Assembly: GCA_965209085.1 (NCBI GenBank)
Contig: OZ242376.1
Location: 1,248,001 to 1,312,000 of the forward strand
DNA from: Nitrosopumilaceae archaeon
GTDB lineage: Archaea; Thermoproteota; Nitrososphaeria; Nitrososphaerales; Nitrosopumilaceae
Direction of reading: 5' to 3'
Length of the DNA stretch: 64,000 bases
Both the position numbers and the translations under genes were made by a program. Positions 52,990-60,422 of this stretch are shown here, in pieces. The first letter of the stretch is position 1; every line of letters begins with the position of its first letter. The notes beneath the pieces are model-generated. The model was not told where the DNA came from, did not search any database, and saw only the letters and a program-made list of their open reading frames with translations.

Positions 52990-53198
52990 GGACGGCATAG
53001 AGGCTCATAACGTTCTTGCACTATGAGTGCGTGAATGAGGTTGGGTCCATAATGCCGCATAAGCGAAAACCACGGTGCGTTTGGAACGCGAATAGTAGTA
53101 TGCGATCCATCTGATTCAAAACCACACAATGTGGAGGACGACATCTAGCGAAAGATATGCACCGTTTTAAATAAAACATGTCAAGTTTAATAACAAAG
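52990..53198 (+). ncRNA. candidate bridge/seek RNA of the IS1111-group element
   Basis: Non-coding right end with several stems (CGGCAT/ATGCCG, CTCATA/TATGAG, CGGTGC/GCACCG, CCACA/TGTGG). Confidence 0.55.
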
Positions 53199-54486
53199 GA
53201 TTATGTCGTACATTGTAGAACGATTTTTGCATTAAAAATGATAGGATCGGAGGGTTCATTTTATCATTGCCCTCCATGCGGTGCCAAATTCTGATGGCGT
53301 CGCGTACCCTATTGCAGAGTGTACTTGGTTCTGATTGTAATCCTCAAAGGCGTATGATATTGCAGCCTCTGCGTCCTGGAACGTCTCAAAGTCGCGCGGC
53401 CAGACATACTCTTTCTTGAGACTCTTGTGGAAAGATTCCACATGAGCATTTTGCTCTGGTGTATGATAGTGGATGAATTCTTACCTCACACCGTATGCTT
53501 TTACAGTCTTGCCAAATTGCGCTGAAATATACTGGGAGCCGTTGTCGGTTCTTAAAACAAGCTTTGAGCAGTCCGGTTTTTTGGATGCCAAAGCTTCAGT
53601 TAATGCTGCAATTGCACCGTCGGTAATAGCTCTTGACTCAAACGCATATCCGACCCATTCGCGGGTAAATGCATCAAGGATGTTAAACAGATAACATCAT
53701 CTGTCCTGACCGCACCAAATGTACGTCATGTTAGCTTGCCAGAGCTGATCAGGTCCTGCAAGTTTTGGTTGTTTTCTGGAGCGTATGATCTCTTTTTTGG
53801 GTTTTGCAGGCACATTCTAGCCCAAATAATGATATATTTTCTTCACTTTTTTGCAGTTTACAGGTTTACCTGTAATGCGAGATATGATGGCGACCATTCT
53901 TCGTGTTCCATATGTGAGTCTGTTTTGAGCAACCTACGGTACCATCTTTGATATTTCCTTGTCGATTTGGATGTGCGTGGTTTTTTGATGGCATACAGTC
54001 TCTTGTTGGACGCTCCAGCATAGCGTGCGGATTTGCGAAGACTCAAACCTTGCTCCTGCATGAGTGTAACAGATTTCATTTTATATTCCACAGTAACGTT
54101 TTTTTTTAAAATATCATTGACGATGGTCAGATCACCAATGAGCTTTTTGAGGGATTCATTTTCACTTGTAAGCGTCTTGACTGCATTGTCTCTGGGCTTG
54201 CCTGAAAGAGCAGCTTTGCAGGATTCAATGAATGATTCACTCCAACGACTGAACGTTATCTGACTGATGTTGTGTCTACGGCACAGCTCTGCGGGGGTAA
54301 TGCGTGTGTTTATTGACTCCATGATGATACGTACTTTTTCATCTGGCGCACGATGGGGGTTTTTCATTGACAAATCCACTCCCGAGGGGGTAAAATTTGT
54401 AATACTTGAAGTGCTCTCCTTTTATGGGGTCCACTCCAAGATCAAGTCACATAAACTATATATCGTGTTTACCAATTAACTATCAT

Positions 54487-54687
54487 ATGAGTTCAGATAC
54501 TTATAATGTACCTGGAACCTGCCATAACTGCAGTGGCAAAAATTATGTTGTGTTGAAAAAAGGCATACCTGCAAATAGTAAAGATTCCGTAATAGCATCA
54601 GAGGAAATGGAATGTACTACTTGCGGGTGTATAGGTTTTATTTTGGCCAGCGCAATTTCGAATCGTGATAACGCGATGGATCTATGA
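54487..54687 (+). CDS. small zinc-ribbon protein
   Basis: CHNC...CTTC; ATG 54487. Confidence 0.6.
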   Translation: MSSDTYNVPGTCHNCSGKNYVVLKKGIPANSKDSVIASEEMECTTCGCIGFILASAISNRDNAMDL

Positions 54688-54712
54688 CCGCGTGTTGTTA
54701 ATCCGCCTAGCA

Positions 54713-54799
54713 CTGGTACGAGGTCACATCATGCCTAGAATTTACGCAATAAATGAAGATGTAGGCACAAAATAGCACGAGGTGCTGACCTCATACTAG
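54713..54799 (-). repeat. short dispersed repeat family B, copy 2 (MITE-like, with terminal IRs)
   Basis: CTGGTACGAGGTCA / TGACCTCATACTAG IR (12/14); inner TGCCTA/TAGGCA IR. Confidence 0.75.
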
Positions 54800-54843
54800 C
54801 AGTGATCTAAAAAAGTTATATACGCATATAGAAATTATGTTGC

Positions 54844-55329
54844 ATGGGAGTTAGTTCGCTACTTATTGCAGATTATCTATTATCTAAAGAAACACCATTA
54901 ACCCCAATGCAGGTAAACAAACTAGTTTACATATCCCATGGCTATTCATTAGCTGTACTTGATAAAAGCTTGATTGACGATAGAATTGAAGCTTGGAAAT
55001 ATGGTCCAGTCATACCAATTGTATATTATAAATTCAAACAATATGGTGGAGATATAATAGACCGGCTAGGTTATTGCAAAACATCCTTATCGGATAATGT
55101 ATTACTTACAGAACGTAAAAAATTCTTTACGATCGCAATTGATCTTACGAAAAAAAATATTGTAGATTTCGTATTTTCTAAATATAGCAATTATCGAGGA
55201 ACACAATTATCTGTAATCACTCATGAGAAAAATACACCGTGGGCAGAATGCTATAATGAGAATGAACTGTTTACAGAAATTCCAAATGACATCATAAAAA
55301 AACACTACAAGGAGTTAATACATGACTAA
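54844..55329 (+). CDS. Panacea (DUF4065/SocA-like) antitoxin
   Basis: LTPMQVNKLVY, IEAWKYGPV, L...TH...PW; upstream TATA 54816-54822. Confidence 0.9.
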   Translation: MGVSSLLIADYLLSKETPLTPMQVNKLVYISHGYSLAVLDKSLIDDRIEAWKYGPVIPIVYYKFKQYGGDIIDRLGYCKTSLSDNVLLTERKKFFTIAIDLTKKNIVDFVFSKYSNYRGTQLSVITHEKNTPWAECYNENELFTEIPNDIIKKHYKELIHD

Positions 55330-55747
55330 GAAAAAGTCCGAAAATGATGAATTATTAGAAAAGATGTATTTGGAACATAAGAAAATATTATTTAGAAAAC
55401 ATAGCACTACCCATGGCGAAAAAATCAAAAAGCTTCTTATAGTTAAAAAACCTAAAAAAAATGACGAGGATGATTTTTTTAAAAATAAAGATATGCGTGA
55501 AACTTTAAACAAACATTTTTTAAAAAATCTTCCGAAATTTTGGCATGAAGAAAATATAAAATATATGCTAAAAACATTACGTTATATTACTACATATGCA
55601 TATATTGGCACGTTTATTATTTTGATCTTTACAGGATTTAAATTCTATGGTTTTAATATGCCTGAAAATGTATTAATAGTATTAATAGCATCCATTGCAA
55701 CTTCAAAAATAACTCAATCGATAACATCAGCTATAAAATCAAAATAA
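55322..55747 (+). CDS. putative PanT-type toxin with two C-terminal TM helices
   Basis: Overlaps the Panacea gene end; basic N-terminus and two hydrophobic helices. Confidence 0.55.
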   Translation: MTKKKSENDELLEKMYLEHKKILFRKHSTTHGEKIKKLLIVKKPKKNDEDDFFKNKDMRETLNKHFLKNLPKFWHEENIKYMLKTLRYITTYAYIGTFIILIFTGFKFYGFNMPENVLIVLIASIATSKITQSITSAIKSK

Positions 55748-55753
55748 CGCAAT

Positions 55754-56155
55754 TCATTTTTTAAATCTTTTAGATTTCCTATACACCTTAAAAAATCCCA
55801 AACCTGCCTTTGCAAATTTCATCGTCTTCAACAAACGCAATAAACGAAATACCCTGAACAATCGAAAGAACGGTACGAGTAACACGATATCAAACCAATG
55901 CTTTCTCAAGAACACTTTCCAATTTTCACTTGCACGGTATTTCAAAAATACATCAAATGCAAATATAACCCAAATTATCCAGGACAATATGTCCCAATAA
56001 TGTGCCAATGTATCCGGCAACGGGAGAATGGGATATTCAAAGCCGAACAGGTCGCTGTCAAAAGCTAAAAGACCTACTAGGAAAAATATAACCCAACCGA
56101 TTGTTACTATGTTGACCGATTGGATCCATTTCTCAGATTCAGAGTTTAATTTCAA
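55754..56155 (-). CDS. stand-alone voltage-sensor-like (S1-S4) membrane protein
   Basis: S2 F..D, S3 WFDI...P, S4 FRLFRVFRLLRLLK; no pore domain. Confidence 0.75.
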   Translation of the reverse strand: MKLNSESEKWIQSVNIVTIGWVIFFLVGLLAFDSDLFGFEYPILPLPDTLAHYWDILSWIIWVIFAFDVFLKYRASENWKVFLRKHWFDIVLLVPFFRLFRVFRLLRLLKTMKFAKAGLGFFKVYRKSKRFKK

Positions 56156-56190
56156 AATATAAATTTAATGGCAATTGCATAAATTTATGT

Positions 56191-56502
56191 TTATTTGTAA
56201 GTATGGCGTTTATTTTCCACATCAGGAAATGGTAAATTTGGATGTTTTGATTTTTCAGAAATCGCCAAAAACGTGATTGGTGTTAAGAAATAACGTGTGT
56301 TGGTAATAGTTGTTGATGAAGGCGATTCGCCTATCTTAACATGTCCAATATTTTCAAGTTGTAGCATATATCCTTTCAAAGTACTATTATCAACCGTCGT
56401 GTTACTGTTATCATGAAGATGTTTCAAGATTTCAGCGTCAGTTATGCCGTATGGTCATTTGGTATACAGTATATTTAATATTTGAAAATGAATTGATATC
56501 AT
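56191..56502 (-). pseudogene. winged-helix-like protein with in-frame TGA
   Basis: MISIHFQILNILYTK*PYGITDAEILKHL...TLKGYMLQLENIGHV; stop at 56455-56457. Confidence 0.55.
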
Positions 56503-56597
56503 ACTCTGGTAATTCTTAGGTCTTTATGACTAATTTCGACCTGCTGTTAATTTAGGGTGTTTTTCTGTCAACTTGGGGAGGTAAGATATACATAATT

Positions 56598-56633
56598 TCC
56601 ACGCCTAAAAATTCAAACTGCGATCAGTTTAGT
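56598..56633 (+). repeat. 36-bp inverted repeat, left copy
   Basis: 32/36 identical to the reverse complement of 63851-63886. Confidence 0.9.
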
Positions 56634-57177
56634 TGTGCATATAATGATGTGCTATGTATTCAGAACGCACGTCAAATATCTGTGGAGGGATGCAATATCC
56701 ACAAACCCAAAATTTCCGGTCTGTTGGGACAACTTCATCAACATCGATGTTTTTTGGTATCTCAGTACCACTAAGATCTTCTTCAAGGAAAACTTCCCTA
56801 GGATCGCATGATGTATCTGCAATGTGTGTTTTCCTCTCATCTCCAGCAAAATCAATCAATGATCCTGATTTTGAAACATATCTGCATGCATCACATACTA
56901 GACTTCATGCATAATGGGATAAATTCCCAATTTTTACGAATAAAAATGACCGATTTGAACGATTATGCATACGGTCTACTACAATGTATCTGCCATAGCT
57001 AATATTCAGATCCAAGCGCCTCAACCAGGTTTTTCTTAGAAATTTCACGGGCTCTATTTTACTACATTCATGATTTTCCAACTGAATGTGATCTACACAA
57101 AAATCTCGCCTACAAAATTTACATGCAAAATCGTCCGGAAATGCCACACCAATTCCACAAAATCCACATTTTTTCAT
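56629..57177 (-). pseudogene. AN1-type/multi-zinc-finger protein disrupted by MITE A
   Basis: CGFC..F.CKFC...FC..H....H.C; removing the MITE plus one TSD restores ...YIVVCDACRYVSKSGSLIDFAG... in frame, ending in a C2H2-like motif. Confidence 0.85.
56900..56977 (-). mobile_element. 78-bp MITE family A, copy 2
   Basis: Same length and TIRs as 51916-51993, inverted; 3-bp TSD ACT. Confidence 0.9.
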
Positions 57178-57182
57178 GGCGT

Positions 57183-58193
57183 TTAACCTGTACCCCATCT
57201 TATCATGCAATTATATCGTTCAATGCCTTCATTATGGGTATCATTCATTCTTTCATATTTATCATATAAGATGAGATATTCGGAATATTGTGCAGTGTCG
57301 TGTATTGTAGATGGATATCTGTCAAGCTCACGACCTAGTCTATCTAGTTCTCTAAACATCTTGCGTAATTTTTCATCCAATGTTTTCATGCCTGCAGATT
57401 CATAAGATTCCACGTCGCTTGAAGGTATGTCATAACCTAAATTATCAAATGGGAATTCATAATCATCGCCGTGCATCAAATGATTTTGATTTCGATTATG
57501 TTCAATACCTAAATGATGTCCAAATTCATGCTTTACAATATCTATCATTGATTCTGGGTTATACTCGTATCGGTTCCCATTACAATCATAATCGCCAGTA
57601 TCGACCAAGATCTCGCTCACACCCCAAAAATCTGATTCAGTGTGACTATCACATCCATCACTACAGTATAGGCCAGCATAATCCACTGATCCTAATTCCT
57701 TGAATGTGAATATGAAATCATAATCTGAATAATCGGTCACTTCTCGAAATTCCATGCCTGGATTCAGATGGGACCATTCATTCAAACCAATATCTGCAAT
57801 ATGCCGGTATTCGATAAAACCTCCACGTATTGCATATTTGTACACTTGATTGTATGGTGCATCATTTGATTCAGTATAATCTGTAACAGGTACCTTTGTT
57901 GGTTCGATTTCCACATGTGAAGTATCTACATCATCCAATGGTGGCATTACATGTGTGGGCCGCCACATACTTTCGTCAGTTGCAAGCCAGTATCCAACTA
58001 TGAGCATTAACGCCACAACGATGACAATCCCCGTGATCTTGGACTCTCGCCCATACACAATATCTTTTTCACTTTTGAATTTGTATGACTCTCCAGTTCT
58101 CATCAACGTATGACCGCATTTCTCACAACAAACATACCCTTCCTCAGAATATCTATAATCGTGGGAGCAACGACCTAGCATTGGGAATTCCAT
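57183..58193 (-). CDS. membrane-anchored metzincin (matrixin-like) metalloprotease with N-terminal Zn ribbon
   Basis: HEFGHHLGIEH...LM Met-turn; one TM; C-terminal coiled coil. Confidence 0.85.
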   Translation of the reverse strand: MEFPMLGRCSHDYRYSEEGYVCCEKCGHTLMRTGESYKFKSEKDIVYGRESKITGIVIVVALMLIVGYWLATDESMWRPTHVMPPLDDVDTSHVEIEPTKVPVTDYTESNDAPYNQVYKYAIRGGFIEYRHIADIGLNEWSHLNPGMEFREVTDYSDYDFIFTFKELGSVDYAGLYCSDGCDSHTESDFWGVSEILVDTGDYDCNGNRYEYNPESMIDIVKHEFGHHLGIEHNRNQNHLMHGDDYEFPFDNLGYDIPSSDVESYESAGMKTLDEKLRKMFRELDRLGRELDRYPSTIHDTAQYSEYLILYDKYERMNDTHNEGIERYNCMIRWGTG

Positions 58194-58543
58194 GATTTAG
58201 TCCAGTAATATAACAGATACACGTATCCTACAAATATGGATAATGTAAATATTATCACACCCCATTCATGAAATTCTGAATTTATGTGTGCTCCACGTAA
58301 TGTTAATTGTATTATAATATACAATAATATGCCTGTTCCAATCGAATATAGTAAACCTAGTCTTAATTTATGAACTCGGTAATAAAGGTAAAATAAAACA
58401 ACAGGTTCAATAAATATTAATAATGTTGATGCATCAGATATGACCGGACCAAGCATATTGGAAGTTATGAAATATACAATTACTATCACAGCTAATGGGA
58501 TCATCTGTGTATACATTTTTACAGGAGTTTTTTGCAGAGGCAT
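58175..58543 (-). CDS. hypothetical 4-TM membrane protein
   Basis: Four hydrophobic segments; operonic. Confidence 0.7.
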   Translation of the reverse strand: MPLQKTPVKMYTQMIPLAVIVIVYFITSNMLGPVISDASTLLIFIEPVVLFYLYYRVHKLRLGLLYSIGTGILLYIIIQLTLRGAHINSEFHEWGVIIFTLSIFVGYVYLLYYWTKSWNSQC

Positions 58544-58546
58544 GTT

Positions 58547-58717
58547 CTATCCTCGCATCCATCTACGCCATGCCCTACTCGTATACGCCATAATTACAAA
58601 CAGCGATGGGAAAAAAAGCAACCCCGAGATCTGAGTGTTACCTGGATTGGCAAACAGCATGGCCCCAAAAAACATGCCAATTATAGCCAATGAGCATATG
58701 ATCACACCCGTACGCAT
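58547..58717 (-). CDS. 56-aa 2-TM protein (not in ORF track)
   Basis: MRTGVIICSLAIIGMFFGAMLFANPGNTQISGLLFFPSLFVIMAYTSRAWRRWMRG*. Confidence 0.6.
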   Translation of the reverse strand: MRTGVIICSLAIIGMFFGAMLFANPGNTQISGLLFFPSLFVIMAYTSRAWRRWMRG

Positions 58718-58800
58718 ATTTCACTATAATAATGTAGTATTATATGAATATTCGTGATAATCTTGGCATGGATTAAAACTCGTGTTATACTTGGCAGAGC

Positions 58801-58959
58801 ATGGCAAAAATCATGGGCTCAACAAAAATCACGACCAGATATCAGATCACGCTGCCTGAAGAAGTTCGGCTCAGTATGGGACTAGAGATTGGGCAGTTGT
58901 TGGCATTCGTGCAGAACAAGTCCGGACGCATAGAACTGGTTACAGAAGTGGATACATGA
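58801..58959 (+). CDS. AbrB/MazE/SpoVT-family DNA-binding protein (not in ORF track)
   Basis: MAKIMGSTKITTRYQITLPEEVRLSMGLEIGQLLAF...; QITLP..VR..GL..G signature. Confidence 0.88.
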   Translation: MAKIMGSTKITTRYQITLPEEVRLSMGLEIGQLLAFVQNKSGRIELVTEVDT

Positions 58960-59121
58960 TGACCTCGCGGCAAAAACCATGTCGTATGCGTGTGATTGGC
59001 GGTCCTAAGAGGATGTACCTCATTGAAAATCATGTAGGATAATTCGAGAATACAGTGGAAACAATCTAAGACCATTATTTGATAAACTAAAATGCTAATA
59101 TAAGGAAAAAACTAACTGTAC

Positions 59122-60021
59122 TTGGAAAATTGTATGGTTAAAACAGATATTCATAAAATTGGAAATGTTAAAATGGAATCGGATGTGGAATTACAGAAAT
59201 TTTCAAATGAAAAAAATGTGGTATTATTGGCATTCATTAATTCATATGCTCCAAAAAAAATTAATACTGTTAGATCCGACGCACCCGAAATAAACATCGC
59301 AGATGAAATTGCAATTGAAAATGTTTTAGATACCATAAAACAAAAAATGGGAACAATGCCAGATGAAGCATATTTATTAGTTAACACGACTGGTGGAGGG
59401 TTAAACTCATCATTCAAAATAGCAAAGGCGATTAGAAAAAAATTTAAAAAAATAACTGTTTTTGTTCCACATGTAGCTGCTAGTGGAGGAACGTTATTGG
59501 CAATGACGGGAAATACAATCCGAATGGGGATGATGAGTCAATTAAGTCCTCTCGATCCTCAAATAGAATACAAAGAATATGGTCGTGTATCTGCCAATTG
59601 TATGAATAGATCTAAAAGACGATACGACGATGAACTTGCAACGCTACATGAAGATGATATAGATTTTCCAGACAGGCACATGATAGAATCACTTGATCCA
59701 ATATTGTATGAAATATTTAACGATGCACTTGTTATGGCAGAAACGTACATTGACTTCATTTTAGAAAAATCCAATTATACAAAACCTGTACGTGAATCTT
59801 TGTGCAATAGTTTCATCTATGGTTTCCCTGGTCATGATTTTATGATAGACAAAAATTTAGCAAAAATACTTGGGCTTCATATTGAAACTGAAGATCAGAA
59901 TATTGAAGAATGGAATTTGATGAGAGACTGGTTTGGAAAATATATTTCAAAAGAAACAGACATGCATTTTATTCGATACTGTATTCCAAAAAAATTAGAT
60001 AATGTAAATATGGGAAAATAA
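59122..60021 (+). CDS. ClpP-class serine protease (SDH_sah-like)
   Basis: TTGGG, VPHVAASGGTLLAM, MG..SQLSPLDPQ, H; true start may be 59134 or 59173. Confidence 0.85.
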   Translation: MENCMVKTDIHKIGNVKMESDVELQKFSNEKNVVLLAFINSYAPKKINTVRSDAPEINIADEIAIENVLDTIKQKMGTMPDEAYLLVNTTGGGLNSSFKIAKAIRKKFKKITVFVPHVAASGGTLLAMTGNTIRMGMMSQLSPLDPQIEYKEYGRVSANCMNRSKRRYDDELATLHEDDIDFPDRHMIESLDPILYEIFNDALVMAETYIDFILEKSNYTKPVRESLCNSFIYGFPGHDFMIDKNLAKILGLHIETEDQNIEEWNLMRDWFGKYISKETDMHFIRYCIPKKLDNVNMGK

Positions 60022-60197
60022 TTACGTAAATTATTGATCACTAATGATTGTGTTTTTTGGATTATGAGCTCGTTTTGCCATGTGTTCCTTAACACGATCA
60101 TATGTCATTGTAATCTCATGGGAATTTTCCATACGCTAATTGTGATATTACCACATAAATATTTAGCGGCATGAATATATAATGGCTGATCGCAGGG

Positions 60198-60338
60198 TCA
60201 GGATTCATTGGCCCATTTTAATAGAGCTTCTTCAACTGCTATTGACAAATTACCTTTCTTCATGCCTTTCTTCCGGGCAACTGCATTTCTGAATTTCTGA
60301 TCTACATCTTCAGATATTTTCATGTTCAACTGACCCAT
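60198..60338 (-). CDS. 46-aa ribbon-helix-helix protein (not in ORF track)
   Basis: MGQLNMKISEDVDQKFRNAVARKKGMKKGNLSIAVEEALLKWANES*; divergent from the transposase. Confidence 0.85.
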   Translation of the reverse strand: MGQLNMKISEDVDQKFRNAVARKKGMKKGNLSIAVEEALLKWANES

Positions 60339-60364
60339 ATTGATATATGTAATAATCCATGTAT

Positions 60365-60422
60365 ATATATCTACATTAAGTAGTTAAGTAGATTTATATG
60401 ATATACCACTACATAACTACTT
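60365..60422. promoter_or_regulatory. putative RHH operator / divergent promoter
   Basis: Tandem TTAAGTAG x2 (60376-91); AAGTAGTTAAGTAG inverted 13/14 at 60409-22; these bracket TTTATAT 60393-99. Confidence 0.7.

Larger units (their letters stand above)
51855..53217 (+). mobile_element. IS110 family, IS1111-group element
   Basis: Sub-terminal IRs ATGTACGAAAAAATC (51871-85) / GATTATGTCGTACAT (53199-213), 13/15; TGTA at both ends; long right non-coding end. Confidence 0.8.
51842..54438 (-). mobile_element. IS3-family element (degraded), interrupted by an IS110-family element
   Basis: Terminal IRs TGGTGCGGACCCC / rc TGGAGTGGACCCC (11/13); orfA HTH (53858-54379); orfB fragments ending ESFHKSLKKE...YN...HSAIGY.TP. 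Confidence 0.88.

Noticed and set aside
51932-53237. CATTAAAA direct repeat as IS110 boundaries
   Set aside because: Left copy lies inside MITE A; sub-terminal IRs and TGTA cores give better-supported ends
52523-56457. In-frame stops (TAA 52523, TGA 56455) as recoding sites
   Set aside because: They lie in a decaying island among other lesions; no SECIS or recoding signal seen
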